Assembly (NCBI GenBank): GCA_963777605.1
Contig: CAVZRV010000010.1
Span: forward strand, 320,001-384,000
Length of the DNA: 64,000 nt
Direction of reading: 5' to 3'
DNA from: an uncultured Acidobacteriota bacterium
Lineage (GTDB): Bacteria > Acidobacteriota > UBA6911 > RPQK01 > JAPXNP01
Positions 23,790-33,588 of this stretch are shown one piece after another. Each line of letters starts with the position of its first letter. Positions within the stretch are counted from its first letter, which is position 1. The notes below the pieces were generated by a model. That model was given only the letters and a program-made list of their open reading frames with translations. It ran no database searches and was not told the DNA's origin. Position numbers and translations under genes: made by a program.

Positions 23790-24815
23790 ATGACTGGCCT
23801 TTCACCTGACGTTGCGCGCACCCTCGATGGGCTTGGCAAAGCCCGCCTGGTGGTGCTCGGGGACTTCCTCATCGATGAATTTGTATTTGGCGAAATCTCC
23901 CGGGTTTCCCGGGAAGCCCCGGTCCTGATCCTGCATTACAGCGAGACCCGAATCTGTCCAGGAGGAGCCGCCAACACCGTCGCCAATGCGGCAGCCCTCG
24001 GAGCTCGTGTGGACGCCATCGGGGTGATCGGCGACGACGCCGGGGCTGACCAACTGTGCGAACTCTGGCCGGAATCCGTGTCGCGAAGGGGTGTCATCAA
24101 GCTCGCCGGGGTTAATACCACCCGGAAGTCGAGGATTCTCGCGGGATCCTTTCATTCTTTCCGCCAGCAGGTTGTCCGAATCGACCGTGAAGCTCCCATC
24201 CCTCGCCAGCCGGAATGGGAACAGTCCGTAATCGATCACCTCAACGAATCGGTTCCCGGAGCCGGCGCAATGATCATTTCCGACTACAGCCTCGGCAACG
24301 TTACTCCGCGGGTCAAGGAATCCGCAACTGCGCTTTGCCGCAAGCTCGGCATCCCTCTCGTGATCGATTCCCGCGACCACCCTGCCGAGTTTCCAGGCGC
24401 AACAACGGTGACCCCCAACATCACGGAAGTAGAGTCCGGCCTCGGGGAACTGATCGGCCAGGAAACCGGGCGCCTCGAACATTTCGGAAGGCTGGCCCGC
24501 TCCAGGTGGCAGGTGGACGCGCTGCTGGTTACCCGGGGAAGGCTCGGCATGTCCCTCTTCACCGAGGATTCTGCGGTCCATCTCCCGGCTTTCGGCAGTA
24601 GTGAAGCCGTCGACGTCACCGGCGCAGGCGATACCGTTGCGGCCACCTATGCAACCGGCCTGGCCACAGGAGCCGACTTCTCGACTTCCGCGTTTCTCGC
24701 CAACATCGCCGGCGGACTGGTCGTCATGAAGAAAGGGACCGCAACCATTTCAACTGCGGAACTCAGGCAGGCGCTCCTGGAGATGGAGCCCGGAGAGGAA
24801 CTCCAACGCTCGTGA
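23790..24815 (+). CDS. hldA: heptose-7-phosphate kinase (stand-alone RfaE domain I, PfkB family)
   Basis: RVSREAPV, PGGAAN, ISDY, TPN, DVTGAGDTV, VMKKGTA. Confidence 0.88.
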   Translation: MTGLSPDVARTLDGLGKARLVVLGDFLIDEFVFGEISRVSREAPVLILHYSETRICPGGAANTVANAAALGARVDAIGVIGDDAGADQLCELWPESVSRRGVIKLAGVNTTRKSRILAGSFHSFRQQVVRIDREAPIPRQPEWEQSVIDHLNESVPGAGAMIISDYSLGNVTPRVKESATALCRKLGIPLVIDSRDHPAEFPGATTVTPNITEVESGLGELIGQETGRLEHFGRLARSRWQVDALLVTRGRLGMSLFTEDSAVHLPAFGSSEAVDVTGAGDTVAATYATGLATGADFSTSAFLANIAGGLVVMKKGTATISTAELRQALLEMEPGEELQRS

Positions 24816-25285
24816 CCAGCAAGATCGTCCTCCTCCCCGAAGCTGAGCGGATCCTGACAGAAGCCCGCAATCACGGCCGCACGATCGTTATGGCCAACGG
24901 CTGTTTCGACTTTATTCACGTGGGTCACGTCCGCTACCTGGAAGGGGCGAAGGCCAAAGGGGACCTCCTCCTGGTCGCGATCAACGCCGACGCTTCAGTT
25001 CGCGCCCTGAAGGGCAGCGAACGTCCCATCCTGCCCGCTGCCGAAAGGGCCGAGATCGTTGCTGCATTCGAGTGCGTCGATCTCGTCGTCGTCTTCGAAG
25101 ATCTGACCGTCGATAGTCTCCTGCTAAAGCTCAAGCCGGACGTGCACGCCAAAGGGACCGATTACACTACTGCCACCGTCCCGGAACGTGAGACGGTTCT
25201 CTCTTACGGGGGCAGAGTGGCCATTGTCGGCGATCCCAAGAATCGCTCCAGCAAGGATTACATCGCGCGCCTCAGGGCCAAATGA
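24812..25285 (+). CDS. hldC: heptose-1-phosphate adenylyltransferase (stand-alone RfaE domain II)
   Basis: ANGCFDFIHVGHVRYL, NADASVRALKG..RP, KPDVHAKGTDY. Confidence 0.9.
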   Translation: MTSKIVLLPEAERILTEARNHGRTIVMANGCFDFIHVGHVRYLEGAKAKGDLLLVAINADASVRALKGSERPILPAAERAEIVAAFECVDLVVVFEDLTVDSLLLKLKPDVHAKGTDYTTATVPERETVLSYGGRVAIVGDPKNRSSKDYIARLRAK

Positions 25286-26367
25286 AACGGGCTCCAGTCA
25301 GCTTTCAGTTCGATCACGATGGCCGCAGGATCCGGCGAATCCTCATGGTCCGGCTTGGAGCCCTCGGAGACATCATTCTTACGATTCCCGCCCAGCAGCA
25401 ACTCGCCGGTCTGTTCCCCCAGGCAGCGATCGACTGGCTGACCTCTCCCGCCTACCGTTCACTGCTCGAGGCAGTTCCCGGTATCCGCCAAGTCTGGACC
25501 GTCGATACCCGCAAGTGGGCAAAAGGTCGCCAGGTTCAGGACAGCCCGTCGCGGACGCTCAGCCAGCTCAGAAGAGAGAATTACGACCTTGCCATCGATT
25601 TCCAGGGACTCCTGAAATCTGCCCTCATGGCGCGACTTTCCAGCGCAGGTGAAGTGAGAGGCTTCGGCCGGACTCAGTCGCGGGAGGGCGCAGCGTCCTT
25701 CTTCTACACGGAACGCGTCCTGATCTCCAGCCAGCAACGACACCAGTTCGCCCGCCATATCGACCTGCTCAGCCCCCCGCGGTGGGAGGGTCCCGTGTCA
25801 CCAAGATTTCCGCTTCAGGTCCCGGACGAGGCCACCGATTACGTTGAGACCGAACTGCGCCGGGCAGGAATCGACCGACCTGTCCTCTTGAACCCGGGAG
25901 GCGGCTGGCCGACCAAGCGCTGGGCAGCGGACCGATTCGCTGAGCTCGCCGAACGGATCGAAGCGCAGTTCGGGCTTCCTGCTCTCTTCTGCTACGGCCC
26001 CGGGGAGGAGGACTTACTGGAGGCGGTCCGCAGGAGTCTCCGCCATGTCCCGCTGAGGTCGTTCCCCACGTCCGTGCTGCAGCTTGCGGCCCTCTGCCGG
26101 AAGGCATGCCTGATGGTCGCGGGGGACACCGGCCCGTTGCACCTGGCGGTCGGCATGGGGACCCCGTGCGTCGCCATTCTGGGTCCGGCTGAGCCTTGGA
26201 GAACGGGGCCGGCCGGCACAGGCGACGAGTACGTCTTGCATGACCGGCGCTGCCCGCACCCATACCGGCGCGAGTGTCGCAATCACTTTTGCATGGATAT
26301 CCCAGTCGAGCACGTGTTCGGAGCGGTTCGGAAGCGACTCGGTCTCCTACCCTCGTCGGGGTGCTGA
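25282..26367 (+). CDS. waaC: LPS heptosyltransferase I-like (GT9)
   Basis: RLGALGDI, IDFQGLLKSA, NPGGGWPTKRW, GDTGPLHLA. Confidence 0.82.
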   Translation: MKRAPVSFQFDHDGRRIRRILMVRLGALGDIILTIPAQQQLAGLFPQAAIDWLTSPAYRSLLEAVPGIRQVWTVDTRKWAKGRQVQDSPSRTLSQLRRENYDLAIDFQGLLKSALMARLSSAGEVRGFGRTQSREGAASFFYTERVLISSQQRHQFARHIDLLSPPRWEGPVSPRFPLQVPDEATDYVETELRRAGIDRPVLLNPGGGWPTKRWAADRFAELAERIEAQFGLPALFCYGPGEEDLLEAVRRSLRHVPLRSFPTSVLQLAALCRKACLMVAGDTGPLHLAVGMGTPCVAILGPAEPWRTGPAGTGDEYVLHDRRCPHPYRRECRNHFCMDIPVEHVFGAVRKRLGLLPSSGC

Positions 26368-26410
26368 CCCCGGCCAACGGAACCTGCTAAACTCGCCCGG
26401 AGTGAGTACC

Positions 26411-26971
26411 ATGGTCCACCAATCGCCCTCACCGATCGCCGCTCGACTCCAACGACTCCGCGTCCCGATGGGTTTCGCATTTGGGCTCCTTTATGTGATC
26501 TTCTGCAAGCCCACCATGGAGTGGCTCATCCCGGGACTCACTGTCGCCCTCCTTGGGCTACTGCTCCGTTGCTGGGCGGCGGGGCATCTCCGAAAACATG
26601 AAAAGTTGACGATATCCGGCCCGTACCGGTGGACGAGGAACCCGCTATACCTGGGCTCGTTTCTCATGGGGCTGGGATTCTCTCTGGCCGGCGGGCGCTG
26701 GTGGATGGCTCCCCTCTTCCTGCTCCTTTACCTCCTTGTCTACGTCCCCGTCATGCGAGCCGAGGAGGGAGAACTCCGGGGCCGCTACGGCGCAGCCGCC
26801 GAGTCATTCATTGAGCGAGTATCCCTCTTCGTTCCACTGAGATCGCCGATCGCCGGGGACCCGGGACAGACGTTCAGCCTGGAGCGGTTTCGCCTGAACC
26901 GGGAATACAAAGCCGTTTTGGGATTTCTCCTGCTCGCCGCGTTTCTGATTGTGCGGCAAGCACTGCTATGA
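26411..26971 (+). CDS. ICMT/PEMT-family membrane methyltransferase
   Basis: LRCWAAGHLRK, LTISGPYRWTRNPLYLGSFL, AEEGELRGRYG; four hydrophobic segments; GGAG upstream of ATG. Confidence 0.85.
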   Translation: MVHQSPSPIAARLQRLRVPMGFAFGLLYVIFCKPTMEWLIPGLTVALLGLLLRCWAAGHLRKHEKLTISGPYRWTRNPLYLGSFLMGLGFSLAGGRWWMAPLFLLLYLLVYVPVMRAEEGELRGRYGAAAESFIERVSLFVPLRSPIAGDPGQTFSLERFRLNREYKAVLGFLLLAAFLIVRQALL

Positions 26972-27822
26972 AACGAAGACTCAGCTTACTTCTCGTCGCG
27001 GCCCTGGCACTGACGGCACTCTTCGCCGCACAGCCCCAGAATCGCACGATCCGGCTCCTCTCGAAGCCCTCCGAACTCCACGTCCCGTTTGCCCACGGAG
27101 AGCGGCTGGTTTTCGAGGTCAACTGGAAGCCGATCTTCTTCTTCCCGGCCTTCAAAGCCGGTGAGATTACCCTGTCAGCTGAAAACGCTACCTTCGACGG
27201 TCACCCCACCTACCGCCTGCAGGCCTGGGCAAACTCGGACGGAGCCCTCCTGAGTGTGGCCGGGATCGAGGTCAAGAACTACTTCGAGTCGCAGATCGAT
27301 CGTAAGACGTTCCGCTCCCTCCGCTTCTTTCAGGCGGCCCGGGAAGGCGACCGGCATCGTGACCTGGAGATGATCTTCGACTATGACCGCGACCTCGTTA
27401 AAATTCACGAAACCGACCCGTCCACCGATCCGCCCCGTGTCATCCGGCACATTACGAGGAAAGGGATCCCGGGTCCGGCAGTAGACGTCATCTCGGTCTT
27501 CTACGTGATCCGCCTCCGAAGCTTTAAACCGGGGGACAAGTTCCTCCTGGACCTTGACGAGCGCGGCGTCTTTCGCGAGGTCCCGATTGTTGCCCTGGAC
27601 GACGAAACCGTTGACACCCCGGTCGGAAAGTACGCTTCGGTCAAACTCAGCACAGTTGGCGGGCTCTTCACGCAGGGAGGAGACTTCCGTGCCTGGTACG
27701 CCCGGAACGGTCTGCGCAATCCGACCAGGTTCGAGGCGGATGTTCGCTTCGGCAAGGTTTACGGAAGCCTGATTCGTCTTGACACGCCTCAGATGATCCG
27801 CGGCGTCATTCGCGTCCCGTGA
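26968..27822 (+). CDS. exported DUF3108-family protein
   Basis: Signal peptide, PFAHGERLVFEVNW, VDTPVGKY, KVYGSL pattern. Confidence 0.7.
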   Translation: MKRRLSLLLVAALALTALFAAQPQNRTIRLLSKPSELHVPFAHGERLVFEVNWKPIFFFPAFKAGEITLSAENATFDGHPTYRLQAWANSDGALLSVAGIEVKNYFESQIDRKTFRSLRFFQAAREGDRHRDLEMIFDYDRDLVKIHETDPSTDPPRVIRHITRKGIPGPAVDVISVFYVIRLRSFKPGDKFLLDLDERGVFREVPIVALDDETVDTPVGKYASVKLSTVGGLFTQGGDFRAWYARNGLRNPTRFEADVRFGKVYGSLIRLDTPQMIRGVIRVP

Positions 27823-27873
27823 GAACGGGTCCCCTCCCTACTTTTCAAAATGCTAGAATTCAAGCTGCGCATT

Positions 27874-28236
<363 letters not shown>

Positions 28237-28264
28237 TTTGCGCGTCAGTCCACCCTGGATGACC

Positions 28265-29320
28265 ATGAGAATGTCCCGAAGGCAATTTCATAAACTGGCA
28301 GCGACCGTTCCCCTGGCCTCCTCTCTCGAAGACTGGAGGTCAGGCCGGGAAGACCGAGGCATCACTCGGGTACCGGGAATTCGCGTCGGTCACTGGACTT
28401 CGTCGACCAGGCCGACCGGCTGCACGGTAGTAATCGCCGAGCGTCCGGCCACGGCCGGCGTCGATGTTCGAGGGTCTGCTCCCGGAACGCGGGAAACGGA
28501 CCTCCTCAAGCCGGTTAACACTGTCTCTGCGGTCGATGCCGTTCTTCTCTCCGGCGGAAGCGCGTTCGGGCTCGATGCCGCAACCGGGGTCATGCGCTTT
28601 CTCGAAGAGCACGGCCGCGGCTTTAACACTGGTGTAGCGCGGGTCCCCATTGTGCCTGCCGCGATTCTCTTCGATCTCGCGATTGGCGATGCCAAGATCC
28701 GACCCGATGCCGAATCCGGTTATGCGGCCTGCGTGAATGCGTCGGAGGGCAAGGTCATCGAGGGCAATGTCGGGGCCGGGGCCGGGGCAACCGTCGGGAA
28801 ACTGCTGGGATCGGATCGGGCCATGAAGGGTGGACTGGGTAGCTCCAACATCCAGGTTCCCGGGGGACTGATTATCGGTGCGCTGGCCGCCGTCAACTGC
28901 CTGGGTGACGTGCGTGATCCCGAGACCGGGGCCATCCTGGCCGGCGCCCGCTGCAGCGACGATAGCGGCTTCGAGGACCTTCGCCGCGTTCTGTCGTCCC
29001 GAAACCTGAGACCACCCGAATCCGCCGGCCGGAACACGACACTGGTCGTGCTGGCTACCAACGCATCTTTCGACAAGACCGCGATGACCAAGGTGGCGCA
29101 GATGTGTCACGACGGGCTCGCCCGTGCCATAGACCCGGTACATCTTCCCTTGGACGGAGACACTGCGTTCGCCCTTTCGACAGGGCAACTTGAGGGCTTC
29201 GACCTGACCCAGGTGGGTGCACTCGCAGCCCAGGTCACAGCCCGAGCCATCGCCCGGGCGGCTCTGAACGCAACCTCCATCCCCGGTTACCCGGCTCACC
29301 GCGACTACCCACCTCGGTAG
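28265..29320 (+). CDS. peptidase family S58 (P1/DmpA-like)
   Basis: GVDVRGSAPGTRETDLL, SGGSAFGL, EGNVGAGAGA, RNTTLVVLATNA, HDGLARAIDPVH..DGD. Confidence 0.9.
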   Translation: MRMSRRQFHKLAATVPLASSLEDWRSGREDRGITRVPGIRVGHWTSSTRPTGCTVVIAERPATAGVDVRGSAPGTRETDLLKPVNTVSAVDAVLLSGGSAFGLDAATGVMRFLEEHGRGFNTGVARVPIVPAAILFDLAIGDAKIRPDAESGYAACVNASEGKVIEGNVGAGAGATVGKLLGSDRAMKGGLGSSNIQVPGGLIIGALAAVNCLGDVRDPETGAILAGARCSDDSGFEDLRRVLSSRNLRPPESAGRNTTLVVLATNASFDKTAMTKVAQMCHDGLARAIDPVHLPLDGDTAFALSTGQLEGFDLTQVGALAAQVTARAIARAALNATSIPGYPAHRDYPPR

Positions 29321-29341
29321 AAATTCGCGCGTGTCACCGAA

Positions 29342-30499
29342 TTAGTCAACGCGCTTGTGGAAGCGGAGGGCGCTTGCCATGATGGTGCCGACTCCGATCA
29401 GGGCCATCCCCAGGAGTTGCGGCCACAAAACTTCCAACCCAATGCCCTTAATGAAGATTCCCCGGGAGATTTCGATGAAGTACCGGATCGGGTTGAGGTA
29501 GGTGATGTATTGGACCGGAAGCGGCATGTTCCTAATCGGGAACGCGAACCCGCTCAGCATGAACACCGGGAGGAAGAAGAAGAACGAGCCCATCATCGCC
29601 TGCTGCTGGGTGCCCGAAACCGTTGAAATCAAAAGCCCAGTGCCAAGCGTGGTTAGCAGAAAGAGAACGGAGCTGACCAGGAGGAGCAAGGCGCTCCCCT
29701 GGAAGGGTATGCCAAAGATCAAGAGGGCCGCCCCAACGACGAAAACCACGTCACCCAGCCCAATTAGCGCAAAGGGAAGTGTCTTTCCCAGCATCAACTC
29801 GGTCGCCGTAATAGGTGTGACCATCAACTGTTCGAGCGTCCCGATCTCCTTCTCCCGGACGACCGCCATCGCCGTCAGCGTCACCGTAACCAGGGCAATG
29901 ATGTTGACGACCACTCCGGGGATGAAATAGTCACGACTTTCCAGGTTCGGGTTAAACCAGATTCTCGTCTCGGCGACTACACCGCCCAGCGGAAGATATA
30001 CCGCTCCTCCTCGCTGGGTCGTCGCCGCGACGAGCCGTGACGCGGCCTGTTTCTTGAAGGTAGCGGCAGTAAAGGTGGCGACGGTCTGGGAGATGTAACT
30101 GGAGACAATCGCCGCGGTGTTCGAATTGGTGCCGTCGAGCAGGGCCTGGATCTTTCCGCTTCCAGAGGACCTGAGGTCAGACGCGAATCCGACCGGAACC
30201 TGGATAACCGCATCCAGATCACCCCGATCGAGGTAAGAGTCAACCTGCGCCTGGCTACTGAGCGAATCCACAACGGTGAAATAGCGGGAACCCCGAAAAC
30301 CGGCGAAAAGCTGCCGGCTTTCGGGTGTCTGGTCAAGATCCAGCCATCCCAGCCGGCTGTTCGTGACGTCCAGGTTCACCGCATAGCCGAAAATGATCAA
30401 CTGCAGGATGGGCGGTCCGATCAGCAGGGTCCGCATGCGCGCGTCCCGAAACGTCGTGATCAGTTCTTTCTTGAAAATTACCAGGATTCGACCAATCAC
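29342..30499 (-). CDS. ABC-2 type permease (YbhR-like)
   Basis: LIIFGYAVNLDV, LDGTNSN, WFNPNLES, VREKEIGTLEQLMVTP. Confidence 0.9.
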   Translation of the reverse strand: MIGRILVIFKKELITTFRDARMRTLLIGPPILQLIIFGYAVNLDVTNSRLGWLDLDQTPESRQLFAGFRGSRYFTVVDSLSSQAQVDSYLDRGDLDAVIQVPVGFASDLRSSGSGKIQALLDGTNSNTAAIVSSYISQTVATFTAATFKKQAASRLVAATTQRGGAVYLPLGGVVAETRIWFNPNLESRDYFIPGVVVNIIALVTVTLTAMAVVREKEIGTLEQLMVTPITATELMLGKTLPFALIGLGDVVFVVGAALLIFGIPFQGSALLLLVSSVLFLLTTLGTGLLISTVSGTQQQAMMGSFFFFLPVFMLSGFAFPIRNMPLPVQYITYLNPIRYFIEISRGIFIKGIGLEVLWPQLLGMALIGVGTIMASALRFHKRVD

Positions 30500-30551
30500 G
30501 AGTCACCTCCAGGCGCTGTCCACACTCCAGGGAAAAAGGGGCCTCGGTTTC

Positions 30552-31685
30552 TCATGCCACCTTCCCCTTCATTTTTCGTGTTGCCAGAATTACCACCAGG
30601 ACCGCGAAACCAAGAAGGAAAAGGAACTGCCCAACCAGGGCCTCCAGGCCGATCCCTTTCAGAAAGATTCCCCTCAGGATGCTGATGAAGTAGCGCGCGG
30701 GAACGATGTACGTTACCGCTTGAACCGGGATCGGCATGTTCGCGATTGAAAAGATGAATCCCGAAAGGAGAAAAGCGGGCAAGAACGAGGAAATCATTCC
30801 CATCTGGTAAGCCAGCAACTGAGATCGGACGGTTGCCGAGAGGAAGATCCCCCAGCAAAGTGCTCCCACAAGAAACAGGAAGCAACTCCCTGCCAGCAAA
30901 AGAATATTTCCTCGAAGAGGGACTCCGAATACCACGACTCCCAGAACGATTGCCACGATCGTGTCGGCCGTTCCCAGCAAGAAATAAGCGGACATTTTCC
31001 CTAAAACCAGCTCGAGTGGCCGGACCGGCGTCGAGAGAAGCTGTTCCATGGTGCCCATCTCCCACTCACGGGCGATTGTCAACGACGTCAGCAGGGAAGC
31101 AATGATCATCAGAACAACTGCGATCAGTCCGGGCACAATGTAGTCCCTGGACCTGAGCGCGCTGTTGTACCAAATGCGCGTTCGCAGCTCGACGGGTGTT
31201 TTCAACGCCCTTCCCACCTGCCGGCTCAGGAGCTGGTTGCGGAAGTCCTCGGACAACCTGGTCACGATTCCCTGGGCATACCCCAAGGCAATCGAAGCCG
31301 TGTTTGAGTCGGTCCCGTCAATGATGAGCTGCACCGGGGACTGCTCGCCGCGGCTGAGGTCCCGGGCAAAATCAGGCGCGACCACCAGTGCCGCCAGGCA
31401 GGTCCCCTTGTTGATCAACACCTGAACATCGGAGTAGCTTTCGGCCTTGGCTACGACTTCGAAATAACGGCTCCCGGAAAACCGGGAGATCACTTCCCTG
31501 CTCTGAGGCGTCTGGTCCTGGTCCAGGACTACCAGCGGGATCCGATCCACGTCGAGCGTGAGTGCGTAACCGAACAGGACCAACATGAGCACGGGGAGCG
31601 CCAGTGCCATCGCCAGGCTCCTCGAGTCCCGTACGATATGGAGGAACTCTTTGCGCGCAATCGCCGCAAAGCGCCGGTATTTCAT
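30552..31685 (-). CDS. ABC-2 type permease (YbhS-like)
   Basis: LFGYALTLDVD, IDGTDSNTA, AREWEMGTMEQLLSTP. Confidence 0.9.
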   Translation of the reverse strand: MKYRRFAAIARKEFLHIVRDSRSLAMALALPVLMLVLFGYALTLDVDRIPLVVLDQDQTPQSREVISRFSGSRYFEVVAKAESYSDVQVLINKGTCLAALVVAPDFARDLSRGEQSPVQLIIDGTDSNTASIALGYAQGIVTRLSEDFRNQLLSRQVGRALKTPVELRTRIWYNSALRSRDYIVPGLIAVVLMIIASLLTSLTIAREWEMGTMEQLLSTPVRPLELVLGKMSAYFLLGTADTIVAIVLGVVVFGVPLRGNILLLAGSCFLFLVGALCWGIFLSATVRSQLLAYQMGMISSFLPAFLLSGFIFSIANMPIPVQAVTYIVPARYFISILRGIFLKGIGLEALVGQFLFLLGFAVLVVILATRKMKGKVA

Positions 31686-32635
31686 TGCGTGACCTGCTCC
31701 TTCGCCGATTCCACCCGAAGGACGAACACGTCCTCTATCCCAGGCTTGACTTCTTCGAGACTAATCACATCAAGGTTGTCCGACTCAAGGCGCCGTCGAA
31801 TCTCCTCCTCAGCGGCAGCCCGGTCGTCGGCTCTCAGTCGCAGGCCACTCCCAAAGACGGCCACATCGAGAATGGAACCACCCGGGGCAAGCACTCCCAG
31901 GGCCTTCATCGTGTCCGAAGTCTCCAGCTGCAGAAAGATGTTTCCTGACAGGCTTTGCCGAAGGTTCGCCGGAGTGTCCAGAGCGATAATTCGCCCTGCA
32001 TCCATCAGTGCGAGTCGGTGACAGTACTCTGCCTCATCCATGTAGTGCGTCGTCACGAAAATGGTCTTTCCTTCGCCCGACATCCGATCGATCAGGTCCC
32101 AGAAGGATCGACGTGCGATGGGATCGACTCCCGACGTGGGCTCGTCGAGAAACAGGATCGGAGGCTCATGGAGAATCGCACACCCAAGAGCCAGCCGCTG
32201 CTTCCACCCGCCAGGCAGTAATCCGGTCATCATGTCTTTTCTGTCTTCCAGCCCCAGCAAGTGAAGGACCTGATCTTTTCGAGTCCCCCGACGCTCGACC
32301 GGAATACTGTAGATCCCCGCAAAGAAGTCCATGTTTTCGGTCACCGTCAACTCATCGTAGAGAGAGAACTTCTGGGACATGTAGCCGATCGTCTGTTTGA
32401 TCCGCTCGGGCTCATTCCGGACATCGAATCCACCCACAGAAGCACTTCCCCCGGAAGGGCTCAAGAGACCGCAGAGCATTCGGATCGTCGTCGACTTGCC
32501 AGCACCGTTCGATCCCAAGAAACCGAAAATCTCTCCCCGGTAAACTTCAAAACTTACCTTGTTTACAGCTACAAAGCTCCCAAATCTTCGAGTAAGTTCT
32601 GAGGTTCGAACCGTAACCTCACCTGGCGGGATCAT
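31682..32635 (-). CDS. ABC transporter ATP-binding protein
   Basis: GSNGAGKST, LPGGWKQR, FLDEPTSGVDP, TTHYMDEAE. Confidence 0.93.
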   Translation of the reverse strand: MIPPGEVTVRTSELTRRFGSFVAVNKVSFEVYRGEIFGFLGSNGAGKSTTIRMLCGLLSPSGGSASVGGFDVRNEPERIKQTIGYMSQKFSLYDELTVTENMDFFAGIYSIPVERRGTRKDQVLHLLGLEDRKDMMTGLLPGGWKQRLALGCAILHEPPILFLDEPTSGVDPIARRSFWDLIDRMSGEGKTIFVTTHYMDEAEYCHRLALMDAGRIIALDTPANLRQSLSGNIFLQLETSDTMKALGVLAPGGSILDVAVFGSGLRLRADDRAAAEEEIRRRLESDNLDVISLEEVKPGIEDVFVLRVESAKEQVTQ

Positions 32636-33588
32636 GCTGCTTCCTTCGCGCCCGGCTCCACGAGCGCCACAAATACATCCTCCACGCTCGGAGTTACTTC
32701 TTCGAGGCTGAGGACTTCGACATCGGCATCGCCAAGGACGCTCCTTAGCCTGTCCGGCGAAACACCGGAACGCAGGAACAGGCGGAGGTTTCGGCCCGCC
32801 GGCCGCAGAGAGGAGATCAGTTTGCCGTCCGCAAGAATCGCGCGCGCCTTCCTTTGGTCAGAGCAGGCCAGCCGATAGCACTTCTGGTCGATGTGTCTCC
32901 CGAGTGCGTTGGGGGCCTCGCACAGAATCAACCGTCCCCTGTGCATCAGGCCGACCCGGTTGCAGCGTTCCGCTTCGTCCAGGTATGCAGTCGAGACAAC
33001 GACAGTGATTCCGGACTGGACGAGTTCGTAGAGAATCAGCCAGAACTCGCGCCGTGAAATCGGGTCAACTCCGTTGGTCGGCTCGTCGAGAAAGAGGATC
33101 TCTGGTTCGTGAAGCAGGGCGCACATCAGTCCCAACTTCTGCTTCATTCCCCCCGAGAGTTTCCCCGCCGCCCTCTTCCGAAAGTCTTCCATTCGGGTCA
33201 TTCGCAGAAGACGACTGATCAGGGCGTCCCGACGCGACGGCTCCAGGGAGAAAAGATCGGCGTAGAAACGGAGGTTCTCGTCCACGGTCAGGTCAATGTA
33301 GAGGCCGAAGCGCTGCGCCATGTACCCGATCCGGTCTCTCAACTGGGAGGCCTGGCGGTTTGGGTCCAGGCCAAGCACCTCGGCGGCTCCCCCGGTCGGG
33401 TCCATCAACCCGCAGAGGAGGCGCATCGTCGTCGTCTTGCCGGCCCCGTCAGGACCGACCAGGCCGAAGATCTCGCCACGACGTATCTCGAGATCCAGTT
33501 GATCCACGGCAGTCAGCGAATCAAATCGACGGGTGAGTCCGCGCGCCCTGACCGCGACCTCCCCGGCTCCTGCGACGGCGTCGGTCAT
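32632..33588 (-). CDS. ABC transporter ATP-binding protein
   Basis: GPDGAGKTT, LSGGMKQK, FLDEPTNGVDP, STAYLDEAE. Confidence 0.93.
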   Translation of the reverse strand: MTDAVAGAGEVAVRARGLTRRFDSLTAVDQLDLEIRRGEIFGLVGPDGAGKTTTMRLLCGLMDPTGGAAEVLGLDPNRQASQLRDRIGYMAQRFGLYIDLTVDENLRFYADLFSLEPSRRDALISRLLRMTRMEDFRKRAAGKLSGGMKQKLGLMCALLHEPEILFLDEPTNGVDPISRREFWLILYELVQSGITVVVSTAYLDEAERCNRVGLMHRGRLILCEAPNALGRHIDQKCYRLACSDQRKARAILADGKLISSLRPAGRNLRLFLRSGVSPDRLRSVLGDADVEVLSLEEVTPSVEDVFVALVEPGAKEAA

